From the NCBI GenBank assembly GCA_965277715.1, contig OZ255836.1, positions 800,001 to 864,000 on the forward strand: DNA of 64,000 nt. Direction: 5' to 3'. The position numbers were made by a program, and so were the translations under genes. The notes below the pieces were generated by a model, which saw nothing but the letters and a program-made list of their open reading frames with translations, was not told the origin of the DNA and did not search any database. Origin of the DNA: Gammaproteobacteria bacterium (GTDB lineage: Bacteria; Pseudomonadota; Gammaproteobacteria; JBCCGL01). Shown piece after piece: positions 31,900-41,502 of this stretch (its first letter is position 1; each line of letters begins with the position of its first letter).

Positions 31900-33057
31900 A
31901 TGCCTTCACCCCGATTAAATGTATCGCGCCGTATTCGTGCGACACCCTACACACCGCGTGTCGAAGCGCTGGGCGTCTCCGGTTACTCGGTGGTTAACCA
32001 CACCATCTTACCCAAAGGCTTTCGCCAATCGGTGGCGGAGGATTACTGGCATTTAAAAAACCATGTGCAGATTTGGGATGTCGGTTGTCAACGGCAGGTT
32101 GAATTGCGCGGGCCGGATGCGGCCCGGTTAACCCAGCTAATGACACCGCGTGATTTGCGCAAGGCAGCGCCGGGGCACTGCCTGTACGCACCGATGGTCG
32201 ACGAGCGGGGCCACTTATTAAATGACCCGATCATCCTGAAACTGGCCGATGACCACTTCTGGTTATCGATTGCCGATGCCGATGTACTGCTATGGGCAAA
32301 AGGCCTGGCACTGGGTATGCAGCTCGACGTGGCCATCGAGGAGCCGGATGTCTGGCCACTGGCGGTACAGGGGCCAAAATCCGACGATCTCATGGCGCGT
32401 GTATTCGGTGAAGCAGTGCGTGAAATACGCTTCTTTCGTTTCGCAACGCTGGCGTTTTCCGGTCACCCATTGATTGTCGCCCGCTCGGGTTACAGCAAAC
32501 AGGGCGGCTTTGAAATCTACCTGGATAAACCCGCGCTGGGGTTGGACCTCTGGGATGCGCTCTGGCAGGCCGGGGCTGATTTGCACGTATTGCCCGGTAG
32601 CCCCAATTTAATCGAACGCGTGGAGAGCGGGCTGCTTTCCTACGGCAATGAAATGACCCGCGATGACAACCCGCTGGAGTGTGGGCTGGAAGACTATTGC
32701 TCACTCGATGGCGGTGTCGACTACATCGGGCGCAACGCCTTGCAGCGCATCGCTGCGCGGGGCGCGCAACGGTCGATTCGCGGCGTAGTATTTGATGGTG
32801 AACCGTGCCCGGCGTGCCAGCACCCTTGGCCGTTAACCGTTAATGGCGATAAGGCGGGGTATATCACCACGGCCATCTGGTCGCCACGTTTTAACCATAA
32901 TGTGGCGCTGGCGATGCTGGAAAAAGCCTATTGGGATGCGGGTACGCAGGTGATGGTTGAAAGCGGTGATGGTTTGTTAAGGCAGGGGATTGTTACCGCG
33001 CTGCCAATGGCGGATACCGATGTAGATTTATTTAACACTGCTATTCCCCGCCAGTAA
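31900..33057 (+). CDS. dmdA: DMSP demethylase-like aminomethyltransferase (GcvT family)
   Basis: SRRIRATPY, DYWHLKNHVQIWDV, LAVQGPKSDDLMARVFGEAVR, RSGYSKQGGFEIY, PNLIERVESGLLSYGN match DmdA as recalled; ATG 31900 preferred. Confidence 0.72.
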   Translation: MPSPRLNVSRRIRATPYTPRVEALGVSGYSVVNHTILPKGFRQSVAEDYWHLKNHVQIWDVGCQRQVELRGPDAARLTQLMTPRDLRKAAPGHCLYAPMVDERGHLLNDPIILKLADDHFWLSIADADVLLWAKGLALGMQLDVAIEEPDVWPLAVQGPKSDDLMARVFGEAVREIRFFRFATLAFSGHPLIVARSGYSKQGGFEIYLDKPALGLDLWDALWQAGADLHVLPGSPNLIERVESGLLSYGNEMTRDDNPLECGLEDYCSLDGGVDYIGRNALQRIAARGAQRSIRGVVFDGEPCPACQHPWPLTVNGDKAGYITTAIWSPRFNHNVALAMLEKAYWDAGTQVMVESGDGLLRQGIVTALPMADTDVDLFNTAIPRQ

Positions 33058-36000
33058 TGTCTCGATGCTATCCCAGGTTTCCAGTGGGTAGCGATCCATT
33101 TCCCCATGCTCATTTATCGCGTTAAACCCGAGAAATTGCCATGCGTCCTCGCTTAGAGCCAGTAATTTTCCCGCATGTCCTTCACGCGTAAAGTATTGCC
33201 CATCCGGTAAATACTCAATGGTGTAAATACATTCACCGGACTCGGCGTTCCATATTTTGATGGTTTGGTCATCGGAAGCGGAGGCGATGCGTTTGCTGTT
33301 GTGGTCGAAGGCGACGCTGTTAATTGTGTTGTTATGCCCTTTTAAGGTGTGAATACATTGTGCGGATACGGCGTTCCATATTTTGATGGTTTGGTCATCG
33401 GAAGCGGAGGCGATGCGTTTGCTGTTGTGGTCGAAGGCGACGCTGTTAATTGTGTTGTTATGCCCTTTTAAGGTGAGAATACATTGTCCGGATACGGCGT
33501 TCCATATTTTGATGGTTTGGTCATCGGAAGCGGAGGCGATGCGTTTGCTGTTGTGGTCGAAGGCGACGCTTTGAACCCAATTATCATGCCCTTTTAAGGT
33601 GTGAATACATTGTGCGGATACGGCGTTCCATATTTTGATGGTTTGGTCATTGGAAGCGGAGGCGATGCGTTTGCTGTTGTGGTCGAAGGCGACGCTGAGA
33701 GCTAGGCCTTCATGCCCTTTTAAGGTGAGAATACATTGTCCGGATACGGCGTTCCATATTTTGATGGTTTGGTCAAAGGAAGCGGAGACGATGCGTTTGC
33801 TGTTGTGGTCGAAGGCGACGCTGTTAATTGTGTTGTTATGCCCTTTTAAGGTGAGAATACATTGTGCGGATACGGCGTTCCATATTTTGATGGTTTGGTC
33901 ATTGGAAGCGGAGGCGATGCGTTTGCTGTTGTGGTCGAAGGCGACACTTTGAACCCAATCATCATGCCCTTTTAAGGTGTGAATACATTGTCCGGATACG
34001 GCGTTCCATATTTTGATGGTTTTGTCATATGAAGCGGAGGCGATGCGTTTGCTGTTGTGGTCGAAGGCGACGCTGTTAATTGTGTTGTTATGCCCTTTCA
34101 AGGTGAGAATACATTGTCCGGATACGGCGTTCCATATTTTGATGGTTTTGTCATCGGAAGCGGAGGCGATGCGTTTGTTGTTGTGGTCGAAGGCGACGCT
34201 GAGAACAGTATCTGAATGCCCTTTTAAGGTGTGAATACATTGTCCGGACTCGGCGTTCCATATTTTGATGGTTTTGTCATATGAAGCGGAGGCGATGCGT
34301 TTGCTGTTGTGGTCGAAGGCGACGCTTTGAACCCAATGATCATGCCCTTTTAAGGTGAGAATACATTGTGCGGATACGGCGTTCCATATCTTGATGGTTT
34401 TGTCATATGAAGCGGAGGCGATGCGTTTGTTGTTGTGGTCGAAGGCGACGCTGAGAACAGTATCTGAATGCCCTTTTAAGGTGAGAATACATTGTCCGGA
34501 CTCGGCGTTCCATATTTTGATGGTTTTGTCATATGAAGCGGAGGCAATGCGTTTGCTGTTGTGGTCGAAGGCGACGCTGTTAATTGTATTGTTATGCCCT
34601 TTTAAGGTGTGAATACATTGTCCGGATACGGCGTTCCATATTTTGATGGTTTTGTCAAAGGAAGCGGAGGCGATGCGTTTGCTGTTGTGGTTGAAGGCGA
34701 CGCTGAGAACTAGGCCTTCATGCCCTTTTAAGGTGAGAATACATTGTGCGGATACGGCGTTCCATATTTTGATGGTTTGGTCAAAGGAAGCGGAGGCGAT
34801 GCGTTTGCTGTTGTGGTCGAAGGCAACGCTTTTAACCCAATCATCATGCCCTTTTAAGGTATGAATACATTGTCCGGATTGTGCATCCCAGAGTTTGAGG
34901 GTGTTGTCGTGTGAAGCGGAGGCGATCAGCAGGCCATCATGTGAAAAAGCGGCGGCGCTAACTGCATCGCGGTGTCCGACAAACGGGGTGGCAGGGCGAG
35001 CGGGCGGGCGGGCGATTTTTTTCGCCAGCGGATGCTGGCAACCGGCATTAAACGGTGGGTGCCCGCTTATCGCCGACGGCCATACCACGTCATTGAGCTG
35101 GCAGTGCAGCCACTGGCTACGGTGTTGCTGTGGCGTAGCCAGCCGCGCAGCAGAAAAATCGTTGTGGTAGAACACCGCCCCGCTCAAATCGGCCTGGCTG
35201 AAGTCGGCGGATTGCAGCGCGCTGTCGCGCCATAATACCCGTTGCAGATTGGCCTGTTGAAAGTGGACGTGGTTGAGCTGTACCTGGGTAAAGCGGCTGT
35301 CGCTAAGGTCGGCCCTGTCGAACGCCGCACCGCTGAGGTCCACATCGTTCAATACCAGGCCAGCCAATTGTGCACCGTGGAGCTGAAAACCTTGCAGGCC
35401 GGGCTGGGGTTGCTGGCGCGGCGCGGCGTATAAGCTGTAGTGAAATAGCGCTTCGCTGGCCTGACGAAGGTAGTGCTGCTTCCAGCCTGCCAATATGGCC
35501 AATAAATTGTCGGCGCCACTGTGCAGTTGCAGCAGTTCGCCGAGAAATTGCAGGGTTTCATTGGAGGGGGGGGCGAGACACCAACCCTCTTGCCGATTCT
35601 CGTCTATTGCCCGCAACAGATAACAGGCCAGAAAGTACTCCTGGATTGAGGTGTGGGCAAAGCGAAACTGATCGCTATTGGCACGCACCAACAGGGTGGA
35701 GTTGCGCAAATCGTTTTCCAGTAATTCCTGTATGCCGGTTTTGGCCCCAGCCCGGATTTTGGGGTGGGCGTATAGCCACTCCTCCAGCCAGGCTTCCAGG
35801 GTCTCGACCGGGCAGGCGCGCAGCCCTTCGCGCCAGAAGTGCGCCGCCAGGTCTTCCAGCAGGTATTGCTTGTGCCGGGGCAGTAACTGGTGCTTGCCGT
35901 CATCGCGGCGGAACAGGCGCTCGACCATAATGCGGTACAGCCGGGCGGCGTTGATGGTCTCGCCGCGTTGGTAGGCTAACTCCAGGCTGGGAATATCGTT

Positions 36001-37896
36001 GGCGATAAGGTTTAGGGTGAGCGGGCGCGTCGCCAGGCCACTGAGGTCGTGAATCTTCGCCAGCAATGCCTCGATTTCGAGCGCCTTCTCTGCGCCAAAA
36101 CGCTTGCCCAGGTACTCGCGAATCTGCTCGGTTTCCAGCGGCAACAACTGCCAGCCCTGGTAGTCTTCACCGCTGCGCGCCTCGCGCAAATAGCCCTGCA
36201 AAAACGCGTTTTGCTCGCTTTGGTTGCGAAAGAAATCACTGCGACAACTTATCACCAGACGGCAGCGGGTGTTATCGAGTAGTGCATTCACCTCGGCGGG
36301 CAGCGGTGGCTGACCCGGTCTGTCCTTGGCTTGTTGCCGCCATTGGTTGCGCTGGCTGAGCGCCTCGCGGTAGTCCGGCGGGAACACCCGCCAAAGCTCG
36401 CGTAAAAAGTGCGCTTGCGCATCGCGGTCGAGGTGGGTGAGCTTTTCGTCGAGACCGTCGAAGATCACCAACGCCTCGCCGTTGCGGGCCATATCGACCA
36501 AGTGCTGCCCGTCGATATCCCGCTCTTCTGCCAGGCGGAGAATCTCCGCCAGTATCTGCTCCAGCGTCGGCAGGCGGTGGTCGGCGAATACCGGCGTCAG
36601 GCGCAGGTCGATATACACCGGCAGCGGGTAGATATGCGGTTGCTGCTGGTGTTTCTCTTCGAGCTGCCAGGCGAGCATTTTACACGTGAAGGTTTTACCA
36701 CTGCCAAATTCGCCGAGAATACCGAATAGCGGTGCGACAGGTTTGGTGTCTTTTACCCAGGATAGAACAGTATCCAGAATCCGGCTTGGCGCTTCACTGG
36801 CGTTCGACACCGTTTCACCGACATTGCGCATATCGGTTTCCTGGGCGGATATATCGACATAGGCATCGTATGGGTAGCTTGCGTCCTGGTAGGGTAGGTC
36901 GATAAGTTTTGCTGCACGGTAGGCACTTGGGGTGCGCTCACGTGGGGCTTGGTTATTCCGCCGTGTCATCCGCTGGTCAATCGATTCGACCAAGCCACGA
37001 ATAAAGCGCTTTTGCAGCACCATGGTAATGCACTCTTTGAAGAACGTTGGCTTAACGATGTCTGACAGGGTGTAAAGCTGGCGTTGCTCTAAGCCACAGA
37101 TAGTGAAAAGCGCCTCTATCTCGACGCTTTCCAACCCCACGGGTAATACGCCTTTTTCCAATAGCGGTGGCACTTCGTGGTCTTTTATATAACCGCTGTT
37201 TAAAAAACCGGGTGATACCATCAGCAAACCTGCATCGGCTTGGGCAATGGCTTGTTGAATCGTCTGATGCCAGTTCTCGCCGATCAGAATGTCGCTATCC
37301 CGCCAGAATGTGTAAGTCTTATTCGGGCATTTTTGCTTGGCGATACGGGCAAACTCCGCGATAAAGTTTTCCACATCCTGGGCATTTTTTCGGCTGTAAC
37401 AGACAAAAAGTGTGTGCTCGATTTTGGTTGTAGATTCGGGTTTGTTTACGGGTTCAGGAATGGCGGAGAGGTCGACGTAAGTTTGCTGCGGATATTGTTC
37501 GTTACTGGGGTTGAGCCGCCGGGTTAGACCGCTTTGCTGGCTGATTGTGACCGGCGTGCCCTGCCACCACAAACGGCGTTGTGCCAGAGCGGTTTGTTTG
37601 CGGCTATCGCCTTGCAACTCCAGGCGGTTCATGCCAGACAACTCAGCCGCCTGCTTAATGCGCCCGCGAAACTTGCGCAGCTCCGCCTGCGCCTTATCGT
37701 CTTCCAGATGATCAAACAGCGCCGCCAGCACCTGGGCCATATTCAACTTACCATCGTCCAATAACAACGTCTGGATCGACTCCAGGCGCTGCATATCGCT
37801 GGAACCCAGCTCGTTTTTGTCCAGTAATTGGCTGATTGCACCTGTAGCCTGGCGCTTGTTCAATACGGGAATCGGTTTTTTTGCCTTGCGTTTCAT
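33028..37896 (-). CDS. NLR-like STAND protein: TIR - NACHT NTPase - pentapeptide repeats - 14 WD40 repeats
   Basis: TIR (FVCYSRKN..FWRDSDI..VSPGFLNSGYIKDHEV), Walker A GEFGSGKT, Walker B IFDGLDE, ISCRS, pentapeptide tract, GH...WN repeats. Confidence 0.9.
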   Translation of the reverse strand: MKRKAKKPIPVLNKRQATGAISQLLDKNELGSSDMQRLESIQTLLLDDGKLNMAQVLAALFDHLEDDKAQAELRKFRGRIKQAAELSGMNRLELQGDSRKQTALAQRRLWWQGTPVTISQQSGLTRRLNPSNEQYPQQTYVDLSAIPEPVNKPESTTKIEHTLFVCYSRKNAQDVENFIAEFARIAKQKCPNKTYTFWRDSDILIGENWHQTIQQAIAQADAGLLMVSPGFLNSGYIKDHEVPPLLEKGVLPVGLESVEIEALFTICGLEQRQLYTLSDIVKPTFFKECITMVLQKRFIRGLVESIDQRMTRRNNQAPRERTPSAYRAAKLIDLPYQDASYPYDAYVDISAQETDMRNVGETVSNASEAPSRILDTVLSWVKDTKPVAPLFGILGEFGSGKTFTCKMLAWQLEEKHQQQPHIYPLPVYIDLRLTPVFADHRLPTLEQILAEILRLAEERDIDGQHLVDMARNGEALVIFDGLDEKLTHLDRDAQAHFLRELWRVFPPDYREALSQRNQWRQQAKDRPGQPPLPAEVNALLDNTRCRLVISCRSDFFRNQSEQNAFLQGYLREARSGEDYQGWQLLPLETEQIREYLGKRFGAEKALEIEALLAKIHDLSGLATRPLTLNLIANDIPSLELAYQRGETINAARLYRIMVERLFRRDDGKHQLLPRHKQYLLEDLAAHFWREGLRACPVETLEAWLEEWLYAHPKIRAGAKTGIQELLENDLRNSTLLVRANSDQFRFAHTSIQEYFLACYLLRAIDENRQEGWCLAPPSNETLQFLGELLQLHSGADNLLAILAGWKQHYLRQASEALFHYSLYAAPRQQPQPGLQGFQLHGAQLAGLVLNDVDLSGAAFDRADLSDSRFTQVQLNHVHFQQANLQRVLWRDSALQSADFSQADLSGAVFYHNDFSAARLATPQQHRSQWLHCQLNDVVWPSAISGHPPFNAGCQHPLAKKIARPPARPATPFVGHRDAVSAAAFSHDGLLIASASHDNTLKLWDAQSGQCIHTLKGHDDWVKSVAFDHNSKRIASASFDQTIKIWNAVSAQCILTLKGHEGLVLSVAFNHNSKRIASASFDKTIKIWNAVSGQCIHTLKGHNNTINSVAFDHNSKRIASASYDKTIKIWNAESGQCILTLKGHSDTVLSVAFDHNNKRIASASYDKTIKIWNAVSAQCILTLKGHDHWVQSVAFDHNSKRIASASYDKTIKIWNAESGQCIHTLKGHSDTVLSVAFDHNNKRIASASDDKTIKIWNAVSGQCILTLKGHNNTINSVAFDHNSKRIASASYDKTIKIWNAVSGQCIHTLKGHDDWVQSVAFDHNSKRIASASNDQTIKIWNAVSAQCILTLKGHNNTINSVAFDHNSKRIVSASFDQTIKIWNAVSGQCILTLKGHEGLALSVAFDHNSKRIASASNDQTIKIWNAVSAQCIHTLKGHDNWVQSVAFDHNSKRIASASDDQTIKIWNAVSGQCILTLKGHNNTINSVAFDHNSKRIASASDDQTIKIWNAVSAQCIHTLKGHNNTINSVAFDHNSKRIASASDDQTIKIWNAESGECIYTIEYLPDGQYFTREGHAGKLLALSEDAWQFLGFNAINEHGEMDRYPLETWDSIETLLAGNSSVK
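33214..34977 (-). repeat. Fourteen tandem 126-bp WD40-coding repeats, 13 near-identical
   Basis: Exact 126-bp period; consensus GHxxxxxSVAFDHNSKRIASASxDxTIKIWNAxSxQCIxTLK. Confidence 0.96.
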
Positions 37897-38095
37897 CGGT
37901 TTGCTCCAGATGCCTGGCGACAGTGTAGATAACGGTGAGAGCTATATCAAGGACTATTTAGGACGATTTTAGACTATTGTGTTTATTTGCAGCACTGTCC
38001 GCAGTCATTATCCAGACATCATCCATTAAGTGGTAATAGGAGGGTTGCAATTTCTAAGCCTGTGCCCTTATCAAAGGAACTGATAGTATTCATCT

Positions 38096-38968
38096 ATGAA
38101 AGTTTCACTTGATCATTTATCTGAACAGAAACAGCGCGAGCTGAAATGGGCCACGGATATTGTCCGCGAAGAAGCCAACCCCGAAATGCTCATTTTGTTT
38201 GGCAGCTACGCTCGCGGTGACTGGGTGGAGGACTTAAACCCGGAAACGCTGCATTACCGTTATCAAAGCGATTTTGATTTGTTGGTGGTTACAGAAACCC
38301 GCAAAGAAGCCGGTAAAATTGAGCAAAACAACGCGCTTAACCAGCGTTTAATGAAAGCGATACACAGAACCCCAATCAGCCTGATTGCTGAGGACATCCA
38401 ATTTGTTAACCGGCGTTTAAGAAAGAGCCAGTATTTTTACATTGACATCAAACGTGAAGGTATAACCCTTTATGATTCAGGGCGGTTTGAATTAGCCGAA
38501 CCAAAGGAACTTAATGTAGAAGAAAGAAGGCGACTAGCGGAAGAAGATTTTGACTATTGGTTTGGCAAAGCATCAAGGCTTTTAAATTTCTATGATTTTG
38601 GTATTAGTGAAAAAGCTTATAATGAGGCAGCATTTCAGCTTCATCAAGTAACTGAAAGCTTATATGGAACAATATTGTTGGTTTTTACTCGCTATAAACC
38701 CAGCACCCATGATTTAGCAAAATTGAGCCAACGAGTCACCAGCATTAAACCACAGTTTCTTAGCGTATTTCCGCAGGGGACTGAAGAAGAAAAAAACCAC
38801 TTTGAGTTACTGCGTAAAGCTTATGTCGATGCACGTTACAAGCCGAGCTACAAAATCACTCGGCAAGAATTGGAATGGTTGGCAGGACGGGTGCAACAAC
38901 TAAAATCTTTAACGGAAATGCTTTGCAAGGAAAAAATTGAAAGTTTTAGGGAGTGCTCAAACAAATAA
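38096..38968 (+). CDS. Fused nucleotidyltransferase (MNT)-HEPN protein
   Basis: LFGSYARGD...SDFDLLVV NTase motif; HEPN FQLHQ..E, HDL, YVDARY. Confidence 0.85.
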   Translation: MKVSLDHLSEQKQRELKWATDIVREEANPEMLILFGSYARGDWVEDLNPETLHYRYQSDFDLLVVTETRKEAGKIEQNNALNQRLMKAIHRTPISLIAEDIQFVNRRLRKSQYFYIDIKREGITLYDSGRFELAEPKELNVEERRRLAEEDFDYWFGKASRLLNFYDFGISEKAYNEAAFQLHQVTESLYGTILLVFTRYKPSTHDLAKLSQRVTSIKPQFLSVFPQGTEEEKNHFELLRKAYVDARYKPSYKITRQELEWLAGRVQQLKSLTEMLCKEKIESFRECSNK

Positions 38969-39128
38969 ACATAGCAAATACCCAAACAATCAGTTTCTGG
39001 AAGATGTCACTGTGGCGCATTAGAATATGACGTTATTGCCACTGCAATAGTTGCAGGCTTAGCGCTAAATATCGAACGGTCAGTCGATGTTTTTAGATTA
39101 AAATTAAAACAGTTTTTTGGAATTAAAA

Positions 39129-41396
39129 ATGTCTGATAACTTATTGAATAACATTACAAAAAATTTGCAAGAAAGCACCGATAATGACACTTTTTGCACG
39201 CGCTTCTCTTTTCCTGCAACCGACTTTCCAGTCGAGATAAAACACCTTGGGGAAATAAACTTCCCCGTTTCGACCCGAATAGCCAAAGAGATAATTGATC
39301 AAGCTCAGCTAGCACCCTTCGGCTGGCGGGATCAAACCATAGTAGACACAAGAGTGCGCAATGCCTGGGAAATAAAAAAATCAAAAATCAAGCTACCTGG
39401 TACAAGCATGGAGCAGATTCCTGAAATGCTAGAACGCATAAAGAAAAACCTAAATATGGCCGCTGACGCCACCTTGGTGCCTGAGCTTCACAACTTGGTT
39501 ATCTACGAAAAAGGCCAGTTTTTTTCCAGCCACCAAGACACAGAGAAATGCAAAGATATGATCGCCACCATGGTGATTTTGCTACCATCAAACTTCAAGG
39601 GAGGCACTTTGACAATCGATCGACAAGGTGATGTGAAAAAATACACCGCACCCAGAACCACTAACCACCTTCAAGTCATCGCCTTTTACACGGATTGTGT
39701 TCACGAAGTAAAAAAAATCACCTCGGGCTACCGCATAGCCCTCACTTTCAACTTGCTGCTAAAGGGCGCTGGCACCCTCCAGCCTTTGCAAAACCCAGCG
39801 CTAACAGAGTCGATAAAAGCATACTTCTCGGAAGACGAGAGGCAAGCGCTAAACTGCGCGCAATCAAATCACCCAACCTGGTTAGTTTATCTACTGGATC
39901 ACCAATACTCCCAATATGGCCTAAGTTGGGGACACCTGAAAAGTGCGGATCGCACACACGCCTCACAACTGCTTGCCGCTGCGGAAGCACTCGACCTCGA
40001 AGCGCATTTATCTTTGGCGGATGTTCACGAGGTCTGGCAAACAGAATCGGACTATTCCAATAGTGGGTACTACGGTTACAGGGGGGGCGACGACGATGGA
40101 GAAGATGAAGATATATCGGGCGATGATGTGGAGTGCATCGAGTTTATCGAGGGTGATTGCGAACTCCGACGTTGGGTGAATTCAAACGGTAAGAAACGGG
40201 CTTGGAAGGGGCATTACGTGCCAGATGAAATGGTAGGCTGGACGAAGGCGATGGATAACTTCGAGCCTTTCGATTCCGCGTATGAAGGCTTTATGGGAAA
40301 TTATGGCGACACGATGGAAAAGTGGTATCACCGCGCCGCTATTACACTTTGGCGAAAAACCGACGCATTCCCCAGCCTATTTGCTATCGACGCGAATGGC
40401 ACTCAGAAAAAAGTGCAAAAAATGCTCGATACCAACTTTGAACAAGGTGTGGCGGCTCTAAAGACGCTTTTACCTCAATGGGAACGCAAGGTAGGCTCCG
40501 ATGGTGTACAAATATCTGAGACGCTAAAACTCTGTCTTTTGGTAAAAGATAAAGCGTTAGCGACCCAATTGCTCGAAGGCTATGGAATGGAGGCCGTATG
40601 CAGGAAGCACGGCGTCGGACTAAGAAACCTGGCCCGAAGTTATGGACAGAAATGGTTGGTGGAGCTCCTCGATATTTGGAGCAAATCAGATCGTGACTAC
40701 TTTGATCCGATTGCTGGTCTCGCCTTTCTGATAAACATTTTTCGCGATGATTCAGAGGTGGCGGCATGGCTTTGTGCTTATCAGTTTAAATGGTTCGAGG
40801 TCTCAGACAGTGTGGCTCAAGAACATGATAGCCAGGTGTCGATAGTGAAAACCCGCAATAAACGCGTCTCCCATGCCGTCGATTTTCTGAAATCCTTAGC
40901 CGCCCTTGGGGAAAACAGTATTATGGCGAAATCGACCCGGCACTTCCTCGGTTATCCCAGACTATATGATGCTGTCACCTTGGCAGACATGGTGCTCGGC
41001 TTACAAGACGAAAATTTATCGCCTAACATCCAGAAATTAACCGCAGAAGCGAGGAAGCGGCTCAAGGCGTCGACAGCTAAAACCAGGAAGGAAGGTGACT
41101 ACTCGATTTTGGAAATCGATACCTGTAAATGTAAAGATTGTGTTGTGCTTCACGGCTTCCTCAAAAGCAAAAAAGAAACGCAATATGTTTGGCCTCTGGC
41201 ACAAGGCAGGCGATACCATATACACCGAGTCATAGATGATATGGGCATCGGTGTTTCCCATCAAACCCAGCGGGAGGGCTGCCCGTATAAGCTCGTTCTG
41301 AAGAAGCTCGATAAGTATTTCAAAAATGAAGCGCGTGTAAAGACCATGCAGTCTGAAAAGCTTGCAAAAATTGAAGCAATTTATAGATTAAGATGA
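39129..41396 (+). CDS. 2OG-Fe(II) oxygenase with a long C-terminal extension
   Basis: HQD...HEV...RIALTFNL facial triad and 2OG Arg; acidic loop; C-terminal CKCKDC. Confidence 0.8.
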   Translation: MSDNLLNNITKNLQESTDNDTFCTRFSFPATDFPVEIKHLGEINFPVSTRIAKEIIDQAQLAPFGWRDQTIVDTRVRNAWEIKKSKIKLPGTSMEQIPEMLERIKKNLNMAADATLVPELHNLVIYEKGQFFSSHQDTEKCKDMIATMVILLPSNFKGGTLTIDRQGDVKKYTAPRTTNHLQVIAFYTDCVHEVKKITSGYRIALTFNLLLKGAGTLQPLQNPALTESIKAYFSEDERQALNCAQSNHPTWLVYLLDHQYSQYGLSWGHLKSADRTHASQLLAAAEALDLEAHLSLADVHEVWQTESDYSNSGYYGYRGGDDDGEDEDISGDDVECIEFIEGDCELRRWVNSNGKKRAWKGHYVPDEMVGWTKAMDNFEPFDSAYEGFMGNYGDTMEKWYHRAAITLWRKTDAFPSLFAIDANGTQKKVQKMLDTNFEQGVAALKTLLPQWERKVGSDGVQISETLKLCLLVKDKALATQLLEGYGMEAVCRKHGVGLRNLARSYGQKWLVELLDIWSKSDRDYFDPIAGLAFLINIFRDDSEVAAWLCAYQFKWFEVSDSVAQEHDSQVSIVKTRNKRVSHAVDFLKSLAALGENSIMAKSTRHFLGYPRLYDAVTLADMVLGLQDENLSPNIQKLTAEARKRLKASTAKTRKEGDYSILEIDTCKCKDCVVLHGFLKSKKETQYVWPLAQGRRYHIHRVIDDMGIGVSHQTQREGCPYKLVLKKLDKYFKNEARVKTMQSEKLAKIEAIYRLR

Positions 41397-41502
41397 ACCG
41401 TGTAGGTCTTTTCTAAATGGCGGGCACGCGACACCAAGCCAGCGGGAACACTTGAAAACCGCCAAAACTCCGTTACAACAAAAGCGAGAGCGTGATAAAC
41501 TC

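Noticed and set aside
33383-34864. Repeated plus-strand ORFs (MRLLLWSKATL...)
   Set aside because: Antisense shadows of the WD40 array.
33214-34977. Possible CRISPR array or DGR target
   Set aside because: The period is exactly 42 codons in an open frame with recurring rather than unique variable parts; there are no cas genes, reverse transcriptase or template repeat in the window.
38981-39038. attC-like sequence after MNT-HEPN
   Set aside because: Has AAC...GTT ends and some dyad symmetry, but the ends do not fit RYYYAAC/GTTRRRY and pairing is poor.
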